Origin: Chiloscyllium plagiosum
Lineage: Eukaryota
Assembly: GCF_004010195.1 (NCBI RefSeq)
Contig: NC_057749.1
Span: forward strand, 20,411,782 to 20,475,781
DNA length: 64,000 nt
Direction: 5' to 3'
The notes under the pieces were generated by a model, which did no database searches, had not been told where the DNA came from, and saw only the letters and a program-made list of their open reading frames with translations. The position numbers and the translations under genes are program-made. Of this stretch, positions 12,781 through 24,844 are shown piece by piece. The stretch's first letter is position 1. The number at the start of each line of letters is the position of its first letter.

Positions 12781-12993
12781 CAGATGCTGCCTGGGTTGCT
12801 TAGTTTCTCCAGGAATTTCTGTTTTTGTTTAAGATTTCCAGCTCGCTGGCACTGTTTTTGTTTCAGTGCCAGCGAGGAGCAGCTTGCGCACTGTACACTC
12901 CATGCTGAAACTTGTCAGACACTTTACCTACTCATTCTGACAGTATAGGAGCTTTTCACTTGCCTATCCCTCCCCCAAGGCACCAGAACCTAC

Positions 12994-13692
12994 CCATTCT
13001 GGGTCTGTGGGCTCCACCACGATGCGGTAATAGGTCTGCTTTCCACTTTCGCTCTCCTGAATAATCAGCTGCTCCTTGGGGAAGCGCTTCATCAGCTGGC
13101 TGATCTCGGTCTCCCGTAATTGCCGGGCAACTTCCTGGGTCAGCTCTGTCAGCTTGACCTCATCCTTGACCACAGCAGGGCGGGGGATGGGTGGACGGAT
13201 TAGTGGGCCCACTGGCCGAGGGCTGACCCGGGCAGCTTCGGGCCCCACGCAGTCCCGCAAAGGGGGCTGCTTCTCCGGGTGCCAGAAACGGCAGCGTTCT
13301 TCCATCGCGCAGTAACCAGACAGGTAGTAGCGGCACGGCCTCTTAGGCCGCTCTCGGGGTCCCAGCATCTTGGGTGGCCCAGGTCGGAGCCGGCCCAGAT
13401 CCTCTGCAGGCTTAGTGGGACTCTCCGTGCTGCCCTGGCACTGGGAGGTGTCATCAGCGTTGCCATCGTTATGGTTTGCAGGTACGCTGGGGCTAACCTG
13501 TGGTTCCAGATACTCATGCAGAAATCGGCATCTCCGTCCAAACTGGCAGTACCTCCCACGGGAATAAAAGCGGCAGACCGGGGGGTACGGATTCGCATTT
13601 CTAGGTTTTGATTGAGATGTGCCAAAGGTCCTGGTCTTCTCCGTACTGTTGCTGGTCTTGGTTTCAGCTGCTGAGCTGGGATCTACCTCCAT
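12994..13692 (-). CDS. Uncharacterised CCCH zinc-finger protein, first coding exon (two C3H1 fingers, Pro-rich linker, start of RWD-like region)
   Basis: ATG in AGAATGG context, 8 nt after a cccccccAG acceptor (13702-13701); C-x8-C-x5-C-x3-H (CRFYSRGRYCQFGRRCRFLH) and C-x7-C-x5-C-x3-H (CRYYLSGYCAMEERCRFWH); ends ...TDPEW|GTAGGT, phase 0. Confidence 0.92.
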
Positions 13693-15329
13693 TCTGGTTT
13701 CTGGGGGGGTAAAAACAGCACCTGAGGTCAGTGGGGAGTAACAGCTACAAGAATGTATGGGTCAGGGTACAGGGTCAGGCATTGGGCTCAGGAAGACAAC
13801 TGGCCCAACATCCTCTGATTCCCTTCAATGAGCAGGAATTGGTTAGATTTCTGATAAGCAAGGGGACAAAGGACTATTGAGTAATCAGAACAGGCATGAC
13901 CTTATCAAGCAGCACAGAAGGCTCAAGGAAGCCTACTCCTAATTAAAATGTTCACATGGAACAAGTATGAGACAGGGACATTGCAGTCATGTTACTGGGT
14001 TGGTAAGCCAAGCCTGTGGTAAATGTTGTGAGGACATTGAGGTTAGGAAATCTGCTTTATTGACCTAATCTGGCCTCAGAGGAACGTGAGTGACTCTTAA
14101 CCACCCTCTGAAGTGTATTAGTAAACTACTCAACTGGTAATTAGGGTAGGACAACAAATGCTGGCCCCACCAGCAACAAGTACAGCACATGAAAAATGGA
14201 AGATAAAAGGTTACTTGAGACATTTTATACAAAGCTTGCACAACCTGCAAACTATTTATGATTGCTCACTATATAAGTTAAACTTTGGAATATGAATTGT
14301 GAAATGTGTGAATTGCCATGGCGTGATATGGATGATTTTCAACAACCATAACCAGTTTTACACAAACCCTTAGGGTAATTTGACAGGAGGGTTTTATGGG
14401 ATCTGCAACCAAGATATTTTGGGGGGAGGGGAGGGTGGAGAGAGACAGAGACCCACAACCTTCAGATTGAAATATTCCAGCTGGATGCCAACATAATACT
14501 GAGAGCTAGCTCACCAGTCTCTCACAGTCTGGACTAAGTTACAGAGTCATTCAGCAGCCCAATGTCTATACCAACAAACAGACACCAAACTACACTAATC
14601 TCAATTACCTGCACTTAGTCCATAGCCTACAATGCCCTGGCATTTTTAGTGCTTGTTCAGATGCTTCTTGAGAATTGATATCGTACCTGTTTTCACTACC
14701 CTCCCAAGAAGCACGTAACATATTTCACCCACTGGTAACTTCGTAAAAAACATCTTGCTTCAATTGTACACGTCCTACCATCTATTAAACACAGGTACAT
14801 AGAGGCACAGTCTACTGCACACTTGGCAATGACTGATAAGCAGCACTTTTATTGACAAATGTTCAAGGTCATTAAAACTTCAGAACACACTGTTGCACAA
14901 TTGATGCCCACACTTTGCAGTTTCAAAGCATTCAGTTTTTGCCAAGTTTTTTGGGGGGTAGATTCTCATCATTCAAATTTGGAAGTTGTCAACATATCAG
15001 TGACTGAGGATCTTATGCAGCGGCTGTGACCTATGTCTGGGTCAGAAAATCTGGATTCATGCACCACCTGAGCAAAAGTTGTGCCATAACATATTCAAAC
15101 AGACTGATTTTTTTTTTCCAGACATTGTGCACTAAGGAGTTCACATCGTGACTTAAGAAACCCTTCATCCATGAGCTGGAATCAGCCCACAGCAGAAAAA
15201 AGGATGGACTTTGAATAGTTTCATAGAGCATGTATTGAAAGAAATCTCCTGGCAGTAGACCCCACAAAGTCTGCCTGAATTCCTTTCGGGCAACTCCCTC
15301 ACTGACCCCAGACGAATAACATCCCTGAA

Positions 15330-15570
15330 CCAGTAATCTGGTCCACATTCCCCCAGCTCAATGACCCAACTCTCCCCTCCACAAACCTCTAGCTCAACGA
15401 CCCAACACTCCCCCTGTAGACCTCCAACCCAGTGATCCAAACACTCCCAGCAAAGTGAGCCAAGCCCCCTCAGCTCAGTGATCCAACCCTCCCCCTCTGC
15501 TGAGTGACCCAATCTTCCTCCCCACCCCCCCCCCTCTTCCCCCAACCCAAGGACCTGACACCCCTCCCCT
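15330..15570. repeat. Degenerate C-rich minisatellite in intron 1 (G-rich on the transcribed strand)
   Basis: Recurrent units such as ccccagctcaatgacccaac / ctcagctcagtgatccaaccc, plus poly-C runs. Confidence 0.55.
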
Positions 15571-15572
15571 TT

Positions 15573-15665
15573 GATTCCTGATGAAGGGCTTTTGCCCGAA
15601 ACGTCGATTTTCCTGCTTCTCGGATGCTGCCTGACCTGCTGTGCTCTTCCAGCACCACTCTAATC
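15573..15665 (+). mobile_element. Penelope pLTR fragment starting with an intact hammerhead core (15573-15610)
   Basis: GAUUC-CUGAUGA-A-GGGC(UUUU)GCCC-GAAA-CG-UC-GAUUU followed by the family tail ggatgctgcctgacctgctgtg. Confidence 0.75.
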
Positions 15666-15699
15666 TAGACACCCCTCCCCTCCCGTCACCCAAGCCCCC

Positions 15700-16140
15700 C
15701 ACCTCCTCCCCGGGAGAGGCCTCAGGCTTCACACATTCCCGCCTCCGCCCCGTTTCATTTTAATACGAATTCACCATCCGAACTCCCTCCCTCGACGAGT
15801 CCCGTTCGAAGCGATTCGCGTCGAGTCACCGATACGCAGCCGCCAATTACCTGCCAGAGCCGGAACCATAAAAGGGACGGACCCGCTCTCACCTCAAACC
15901 CTTCCCCAGGCCAGCCAGGGCGCCTGCGCACTAGCGGCGCCCTCCACCGGCCAAGGCGCCTGCGCACCAGTGGCTCTCTGCCAGCCAAAGGCGTCTGCGC
16001 ACCAGTGGGTCACTGCCAGCCAAGGCGTCTGCGCATGAGCGACGCTTGCGCACCAGAAGGCTCACCGCCAGCCACAGCGTCTGCGCACTAGCGGCGCTCA
16101 TTGCCAGCCAAGGCGCCTGCGCAGCCTCACCAACCACAGC
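15700..16140 (-). promoter_or_regulatory. GC/CpG-rich promoter and non-coding exon 1 of the CCCH zinc-finger gene, with seven NRF1-like motifs in a ~35-bp tandem repeat
   Basis: CpG-dense; GCGC/TCTGCGCA-type motifs at 15920, 15956, 15991, 16025, 16042, 16077 and 16113; candidate donors GAG|GTGAGA (exon end 15893) and CAG|GTAATT (exon end 15851). Confidence 0.7.
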
Positions 16141-16597
16141 CTGATGGTGAAGGTGTTGGACTGAAGCCTGGTTTCATGAAGTTGAGATGTGAGTTCGAAT
16201 CCCATCTTGGCAGCTGAAAAAGTTTTTTTTACTCTAAATAAATTAATTTCTAATAACAAACACCAGCTTGAGCAATAGTCATTACGAAGCTATCAAATGA
16301 TATCCGGACAATATTGTTAAGAGGTGCTGTGGTTTTAATATTTTGGAGAATTGCATAGTATTTGGTGTATTGGCTGGCATGAGACCTCTACCTCTGTCAT
16401 AAATGCCTTTGTGTGCAGTTAGTGGCAGCCATTAAATAGGCACCATAGCATCAAGAATGCTGTCGCTGAAAAGGTGCAAATGAACGCCTGAATTTGGAGC
16501 AAGAGTAGCACAAACAAATTTCAATCAACCTACAAAGTCAAGAGTCTCCAACTTGACTGTTTAAACATCAATGTCAACAGTACCAATAATATCTATT

Positions 16598-16806
16598 AGG
16601 AGAAAGTGAGGACTGCAAATGCTGGAGATCAGAGCTTAAAAATGTGTTGCTGGAAAAGCGCAGCAGGTCAGGCAGCATCAAAGGAGCAGGAGAATCGACG
16701 TTTCGGGCATAAGCCCTTAGGGTTGGGCTTATGCCCGAAACGTCGATTCTCCTGCTTCTTTGATGCTGCCTGACCTGCTGCGCTTTTCCAGCAACACATT
16801 TTTAAG
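16598..16806. mobile_element. Short palindromic Penelope-derived insertion; CUGAUGA absent from both arms
   Basis: Arms ~16635-16717 and ~16726-16807; TSD caataatatc(t/a)att at 16584-16597 and 16807-16820. Confidence 0.85.
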
Positions 16807-17538
16807 CAATAATATCAATTGATGACTATCTGACCATCATGACCAATGCAAATTTTTTGACTCACTTCACATTGCCCTCTGTAGATACCATTTGCATTAA
16901 TTTAGAATGAATTTTTTTTTAAAAAGTCGGGAGTGTGGTGCTGGAAAAGCACAGCAGGTCAGGCAGCATCCGAGGAGCAGGAGAATCAACGTTTCAGACA
17001 AGGGCCCTTCACATGAATGAGGCTTGTGAGCTGAGGGGGTGAAGAGATAAATGGAGAGGGGGGTGTGGGGCTGGGGGCAAGGTAGCTGAGAGTGCAAGTG
17101 GTAAATTGAGGTGAGGATAAAGGTGATGGATTGGAGAGGAGGGTGGATCGAATTGGTGGGAAGGAAGGTGGACAGGTCACGAGGGCAGTGCCGAACTGGA
17201 AGGTTGAAACTGGGCTAAAGTGGAGAAGGGGAAATGAGGAAAATGGTGAAATCCAAGGCAGAAGATGAAGCTTCCATAACTTAAAGAGAGTCCAGCAATT
17301 CCTTCTCCGCTGCTTCAGCATGCTGCTGTTAGAGGTCCCACTCCAGGATTCCCAGCCCACGCCATGCCACCAAGTGTGTCCCACTTCAGGATTCCAGCCC
17401 ATGTCATTGCCACCGCCAGGGGCCTATGCGGAAGCGAGAGTCCTGCTCCAGGCTTCACAGGTCGACCGACCAACTTTGCAGCTACGCTGCCTCTGAAGAT
17501 GCCGCTGTTCCTCTGGAGCCCATCAAAGCCGACTCCTG

Positions 17539-20500
17539 TGGGATCCAAGATGGCGGTGACCCAGCAAGTCTGAGTCTATAGTGCTCCTCCCAAGACTTGG
17601 GCAAAGTGGGCCACCCGCCTCCACCACACTCACCAAAAAATTTAAAATAGTTTTTACTTAATGTAATTAGTTGCTCAGTACTGAATTTAAACAATTTAAT
17701 CTCCAGTAAAAATGACTAAAGGGAAGGGAGCCCGCAGTTCTCAGCAAGCAGGAACCCCTCCCCCACGCTCCCCAGCTGCAGCAGAGGCGTCCGCAGCCGC
17801 CCCGGGAGACGTACCTATGGTGGCGAGCCTCATGGAAATAGTCTCTAAACTCGATGCGAAGATCGACACCTTCATCGAAGAGTCCCGGAGCTGATGGGAC
17901 TCACTCTCGGCTGCGCTACAAAAGCACGACCGAGACATCAAGGAAATCGACGCTGGGTCGGAGGGGAGAAGCTAAAGGCCGCGACCTCCGAGACTATAGC
18001 AGACTCGGCCGTGGATCGGGTCCAGACTCTTGAACAGCGAGTCCGGACCTTAGAGAATATTCGTTTGCTGGGCCTTCCTTTACAGCGTTTCTCGAATAGT
18101 GGCTTCCACAGCTTTTAAATCTGGAGGCTGGATCAGGCCAGGTAAGGGTGGAATGGGCCCACCGGGTTGCAATACACGGGCCCGGCTCAAACCAGCGCCC
18201 CCGCCCGGTCCTGTTCCGGCTGCAGAGCTGTAAGGAGAGGCAGATGCTCTTAGAAGCTTCCAGAAATCTTGGGAAAGATCGCCAAGCCATGATTTATAAA
18301 GGATCCAAGATTATGTTATTCCAGGACTTTTCCCCAGCTCTGGTCCAAAAGAGGAAGGCATTTGACGAAGCGAAGAAGTGTTTAAGGGACTTAAATATTC
18401 AGTACTCCTTACGCTACCCAGCGACGCTACGCTTTAACCATGAAGGGTCCGTGTATAATTTCGGATCACCGGAAAAGGCCAAGGAATTTTTGGACTCTCT
18501 TAGATAAATTGTAAGAGATAATTAATGTTGTTTTGCTCTCCCCCCAACTCCGGTTTACATCCCTCTTTTTTTATATTAATCTCTTTCTTTACCTCACTGT
18601 TTAATATTATCTTCGGGGGGTGGGTAGAGGGGTTTGTTTATTTGTTCTCTACTTAGCGATTTTCTGCACTTTTTTTTTATATATATAGGCCGGGGGGGGG
18701 TCTAGTTAATGTTGGTGGGGGAAGGTGGTTACCTTATCCTATTTTATTTCTGTTTTTAGGAGCGGGGTTGTTTTCCCCTGTTATTTTGTATTACTATATT
18801 TAATTATTACTTGTTGAGGCTGTAATTTTACAGTTATATATGTTTATACATGGTATTAACATTATCAAATATATCCAGGTATTGGTGTGGGTGGGGAGGT
18901 AGGGTGCTCACAGTTAACTCTAACTCTGTAGTATATTTGAATTTTCTTCATCCTATTGCGGGGCGCCTGGGTCAAGGGTGGGGCACTGGTTGGGAGAGGA
19001 TATGATGGACTTTTGGAAAGGAAGTGATACCCCCTGGGAACAAGGGTGAAAATCTCCATTTAAATACATTTTATATGTTTTTTATTTAGAAATAGTTTTT
19101 TATTATATTGATGTGAGTGTATTAAAGAGCCTTTATTTTTGTGAATTTTATATGCTCTATGCTTGGGATGTTTTGGATGAGGTTTCCCCTCCCGAGAGGT
19201 CTCGGACTTGCCCGGACGATTATGGTTGATCAGTCGATTAAATGGTGCACCTGGAATGTCAAGGGGAGTAATTCACCAGTCAAAAAGGAAGAAAATATTA
19301 TCAAACCTCAAGAAAGAAAGGGTTGATATAGCTCTCCTACAGGAGACACACTTATTGGATAAAGAACACTTGAAATTATAACAGGGTGGATTTGATCAGG
19401 CCTTTTTTTTCTTTTAGCTCAAAAAGCAGGGGAGTTGTTATTCTTATTTGGAAGAATTTCCCTTTCAAAATCCTAAATCAGATAAAAGACAAAACTGGAC
19501 GATATATTCTGATTAAAGCCCTTATAAATGGAGAGGAATATGGGATCTTAAATTTGTATTGCCCCCCCCGGCACATCCTTTTAAATTTATAATGGAAGCC
19601 TTCTCCAAATTGATGGCTCTCGGTGCTCATCATACAATTATAGGCGGAGATTTTAATTGTATTATGGATCTGGAAATATATAGGATTCCCAAGAGTACTG
19701 CAGGAGTATCTCCCAGATCTAGACAATTGGTGGATTTGAACAAAGAATTAGGATTAGTAGATGTGTGGAGATGCCTTCATCCATAGGGCAGAGATTTTTC
19801 TTTTTAATCCAATCCACATAAATGTCACACCAGAATTGATATGTTTTTTGCCCTCTCGATTTTTTTAAATTCCACATCATCCTGTAAAATAGGCAGTATA
19901 GCAATTTCCGACCACGCTGCTGTATATATGGAAATCAAGGCAAGGAACAATGAGACATCCCCCCGGCATTGGTGTATGGACCCCTTCCTGATGAAAGATA
20001 GTAAATTTGTAAAGTACTTCTCTCAAGAATTTAAAAGTTTTTTAGAAATTAATTCAGGTACGGCTAGCAACCCATCAATGATGTGGGAGACCATCAAAGC
20101 TTACGCGCGAGGTTTGATCGGGAGAACAACAGCGTCTGCTCGAAGCTCGCTTAAAAGCAGCTGAAACTGCATACGCTGATAGACCTTCTATTATTAAATT
20201 GCAAAGGATTACGGGCATTAGGACAGGTCTGAACACCATGCTTACCCAAACGGCAAAGAGGGAAATATTAGTTGCAAAACAAAGGTCATATGAATTTGGC
20301 GATAAACCTGGTAGATACATAGCATTTCTCGCAAAGAAAAAGAAGGCCCCTCAAACTATCACGTCTATCAAGAAAAGTATGGGTACTCTGACTCATGGTC
20401 ATAAAAGGATTAATGCAATCTTTAGAAAATTTTATTCTGATTTATATAAATCGCAGGATTGCGAAGACAGAACTAGGAGGATGCAGTCATTTCTTTTAAA

Positions 20501-23500
20501 AACCTGACCTTTCCAGACTTAACTACGGAACAGGTATCAGTCCTGAATGTTCCCCTAACAATCCAAGAAATACTTGACACAATCAGGCAGCTTCAGAGCG
20601 GTAAGGCCCTGGCCCAGATGGCTTTCAAGCTGAATTCTATAAAGAATTTACAGGACTATTGGCTGGTCCACTTATGGACATGTATAACTACTCATACAGA
20701 AAGGACCCAGAAGATTGCGCGTTATACAGACCAATATCCTTGCTAAATGTAGATTTTAAAATCCTCTCTAAAACGTTAGCATTGAGGCTAGAAAGGGTAT
20801 TGCCATACATCATAAAGGAGGATCAGACGGGGTTTATTAAGGGCTGTAGATCATCCAATAATGTTAGAAGGGTTTTGAATGTGATTCAAACCTGCTATCA
20901 AAGAAAGATACCAGGAGTAATAGTCTCAATAGACGTGGAAAAGGCATTCGACAGGGTTGAGCGGTCATATCTGTTTTACACATTGGAAAGGTTTGGCGTT
21001 GGAAAGGTGTTTACTAAATGGGTCTCAACACTGTATAATGATCCCAAAGCAATTGTGATTACCAATGATTAGACTCGGATAGCTTCAGTGTGGGTAAGGG
21101 CTGCCGTCAGGGATGTCCTCTCTCACCATTGCTATTTACGCTAATAATCGAGCCACTAGCAGAAGCTATACAGGCTGATCCTAATATAACGGCCCCGAGG
21201 ATTGGTACAGGTAAACATAAAATTACCCTTTATTCAGATGATGTTCTCCTATTCCTCAGTAATCCTCTGATGTCCGTACCTCGCTTAATCCAAGTGATTA
21301 ATACATTTAGTGCATTCTCAGGCTATAAAATTAATTTTTCAAAATCGGAGGCTATGCCAATGGGCTGGTATATCCCACCTATCGGACGGATCCCACTTTC
21401 CCTTTCGGTGGTCCCTGGAGGGTTTCTTATATTTAGGCATTTTTATCACCGCAGTATTTGGTCAGTTATACAAGGCTAACTTTGTGCATTCACTGGAAAG
21501 GATAAGGCAGGACCTCCAGCGATGGGGAGACCTTCCAATTTCCTGGCTGGGTAGAATAGCACTAATTAAAATGAAATGTCCTGCCCCATCTCCTATACTC
21601 TATGAGAATGCTTCCGGTGATGCTGCTGAGGCTGGCACTATGTAAATTATATGGCTGATTGGAAACCTTTATCTGGAAACATAGACGGCCCCTCATTAAG
21701 CTGAAGAAGCTACAGCTTCCACAGGCAAGGGGAGGATTGGATTTCCCAGATTTTAGGAAATATCAGTTAAGTTCCCTATTACATAGCTGATTGGTCTTGT
21801 CTGACCCGCAATCAATCTGGCTGGACATCAAGGCTTCTCAAGTAAAATGCCCACTTATTAACCTCTTATTTTCAGACAAGAGGAAAATCATCACGGATCA
21901 ATGTAAAAACCCTATAATACTAAACACAATTAAAGCTTGGAATATAATGCGGCAAAATGAGGGCAATTCACATAAAACATCCCCTTATACTCCGATAGTG
22001 GGGGCTTACAGATGTCACTTTCAAACTCTGGAGATCCAGGGGTATCTTCTGTTTAGAAGATCTGTTTAAGGAAGTGGTCCTGATGTCTTTTGAACAGCTG
22101 CATCAGAAATTTGGATTACCTAATGGAGATCTCTTTTGATACTTCCAAATTCGAGATTACATACAGAAGAAGACTACGCTATTAGGTAGTCTTTATAAAT
22201 CAGACAGAGAACGTAGAGTGTTATGGCCAATGGGGGTACCTTCGGTCAGCACTCTTTATCATTTATTACATGATGAAATATCAGAAGATATGGACAATCT
22301 GCTTAAAACATGGGATCAGGTTTGGGACTGGAAATCTCTATAGAAATGTGGAATGACATTTGGGGAAATGCCAGAAGAATCACCATCTGCAACAGAATTC
22401 AGGCCATTCAGTTGAAGATACTTCATAGGGTCCATATAGCACCGGACTGATTAGCAAAATTTAAGGCAGGAGCATCTCCAATGTGTCCCAAATGTAAAAT
22501 AGAGGTGGGCACTCTTGTACATTGCTTATGGACCTGTCATAAGATCCGTAGATATTGGACTAAAGTAGCAAGTGCTCTGACAGAAATCTTAGGAATGGAA
22601 ATTAGAGTGGACCCTGTATCTCTCCTTTTAGGCTTTTCAAACTTTCCCTCCCTGGACATGCATGAGAAGAGATTATTTTCTATTCTCTCTTTCTGTGCAA
22701 GGAAAAATATTTTGGTAAACTGGGTGGCTGAGGGCCCCCCTGGACTTTCGAATTGGCGCAGATTAATCATGGAATGTATTCCCCTTGACTTCCTTACAAA
22801 TATGGTGCACCAAAAGACCGAATTATTCCATAAAATATGGCAGTCCTTCCTGAATTACATAAATACAGATATTTCGGCCAACCTAATAAGGGCTTTTATT
22901 TAATTGAGATGGCGAATCTGGCTGGTCCGGGGCCCCTTGGGAGAGGAATTCCGCACGAATACAGGTTTTGTTACGATTTGATGTTAATACATTCCGAGCA
23001 TGTATCTCACGACCCAATTTCTGTGTTATCNNCTGTATCTCTCCTTTTAGGCTGTTCAAACTTTCCCTCCCTGGACATGCATGAGAAGAGATTATTTTCT
23101 ATTCTCTCTTTCTGTGCAAGGAAAAATATTTTGGTAAACTGGGTGGCTGAGGGCCCCCCTGGACTTTCGAATTGGCGCAGATTAATCATGGAATGTATTC
23201 CCCTTGACTTCCTTACAAATATGGTGCACCATAAGACCGAATTATTCTATAAAATATGGCAGCCCTTCCTGAATTACATAAATACAGATATTTCGGCCAT
23301 CCTAATAAGGGCTTTTATTTAATTGAGATGGCGAATCTGGCTGGTCCGGGGCCCTTTGGGAGAGGAATTCCGCACGAATACAGGTTTTGTTACGATTTGA
23401 TATTAATACATTCCGAGCATGTATCTCACTACCCAATTTCTGTGTTATCCGTCAGTTTTTTTTCTCTTCTTTGAATAATGTAAGAGACTTAATCATACAC

Positions 23501-23657
23501 TCTGGTTAGTTGTAGGTTAGATTAGTAGTTAGTTGAGTTTTTTTTATCTCTCGGTATCTTTTTTTCTATTTGCTAAATTTTGGTTATTATTTATTTAATT
23601 TTTAATTGTAAACTTGTAAAAATATGTTAAATTTTCAATAAAAATATCAATAAAATT
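17539..23657 (+). mobile_element. Full-length but decayed L1-clade LINE (ORF1 ~17712-18507; ORF2 APE endonuclease-RT-zinc knuckle ~19220-22903)
   Basis: TSD aaagccgactcctg at 17525-17538 and 23658-23671; 5' CAAGATGGCGG; ORF1 motifs (WAHR, FQDFS, LRYPATL); ORF2 motifs TWNVKG, GGDFN, ISDH, YRPISLLNVDFKIL, QGCPLSP, YSDD, CPKC..H..C; frameshifts and stops; A-rich tail with AATAAA. Confidence 0.95.
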
Positions 23658-24209
23658 AAAGCCGACTCCTGCCGAAGAGCTCTCTTTATCAGGTATGAAG
23701 TGGAGATGCCAGTGTCGGACTGGGGTGAACAAAGTTAAAAATCACACAACACCAGGTTATAGTCTAACAGGTTTATTTGGAGGTACTAACTTTCAGAGTG
23801 CTAGTGGAGCAGGATTAAAGGACACAGAATTTATAGTAAAATATCAAAGAGTCATACAACTGATGCAATGTATTGAACAAACCTAGATTGATGTTGTCTT
23901 TAATCATTTTTCCTTTTGGCCCCATTATTCCTATTAAGCGATTTTCTATTAAACAAAGTTCCGTTGGAATCAAACTATGGCATTATATGGGAATTGCCCG
24001 TATGTCCCACCCATTGTCTGTCTCAATGACTAGAGTTCTTTAATGATCTGTGACTTCTCCACTCTGAAGCCATTTTTAATGTAGTTTACACTGCAGCTTG
24101 GGGAGAGAAACCCCTTTTTCCAAAGAGGTCATCAATGTGGCTTGGTTTTCTTCAGTGGTCAGTGGAGTCTTTTGGGTGCTTTTGGGATTATCTCTGGATT
24201 CTGGAATCT

Positions 24210-24350
24210 TGGGATGCTTGTTAACTGGGGAGGATTTGGTGGGGATACTTGTTAACTGGTGAGATTTGGTGGGGAATTGGTGAGCATTTGCTGGGGGTTT
24301 GGTGGGGATGCTTGCTAGCTGGTGGGGATTTGATGGGGATTTGGTGAGTT
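24210..24350. repeat. Degenerate ~30-bp minisatellite
   Basis: Units like ggggat(g/a)cttgttaactgg(g/t)gaggatttggt repeated about 4-5 times. Confidence 0.7.
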
Positions 24351-24502
24351 GTTTTGACATTCTGGTTGTGAGTCCCCCTCAATCCAGGGGTAGTGGAGGC
24401 TTCTTTTGCTGGAGCAACCACTTCCTCATCTTTATCTTTGTCATCTCCCTCAGTGTCTTCCCCTTTGCTTTTCTTCTGCTGCATTATGTGGGCGGCATTA
24501 CG

Positions 24503-24795
24503 TGGGCAGCATGGTGGCACAGTGGTTAGCACTGCTGCCTCACAGCGCCAGAGACCCGGGTTCAATTCCCGCCTCAGGCGACTGACTGTGTGGAGTTTGC
24601 ACGTTCTCCCCATGTCTGCGTGGGTTTCCTCCCACAGTCCAAAGATGTGCAGGTTAGGTGAAAAATTGGCCATGCTAAATTGCCCGTAGTGTTAGGTAAG
24701 GGGTAAATGTAGGGGTATTGGGTGGGTTACGCTTCGGCGGGTCGGTGTGGACTTGTTGGGCCGAAGGGCCTGTTTCCACACTGTAATGTAATCTA
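24503..24795 (+). mobile_element. HE1-type tRNA-derived V-SINE
   Basis: A-box/B-box head ggtggcacagtggttagc...gggttcaattccc, V-domain tgtgtggagtttgcacgttctcccc, CR1-like tail gggccgaagggcctgtttcc, then taatct repeats. Confidence 0.9.
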
Positions 24796-24844
24796 ATTAT
24801 TTTGGCTGATTGCTTAACGGCCTGTTTCAAAACAGTATTCAAAA

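Noticed and set aside
15910..16130. Regularly spaced ~35-bp repeats resembling a CRISPR array
   Set aside because: Vertebrate DNA; whole units are homologous with no unique spacers, and there are no cas genes.
16140..16290. tRNA-like B-box (gagttcgaatccc) beside the promoter
   Set aside because: I could not fold a cloverleaf; the downstream sequence resembles a decayed tRNA-derived SINE seen elsewhere (~10590-10740, ~57170-57590).
23031..23450. Apparent tandem duplication of the L1 ORF2 3' end (22613-23030 repeated)
   Set aside because: The copies are nearly identical and joined exactly at an nn gap; most likely a contig-overlap or haplotype artefact.
24221..24673. 150-aa ORF with an acidic stretch
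   Set aside because: Chimera of an antisense SINE, low-complexity sequence and a minisatellite; no recognisable domain.
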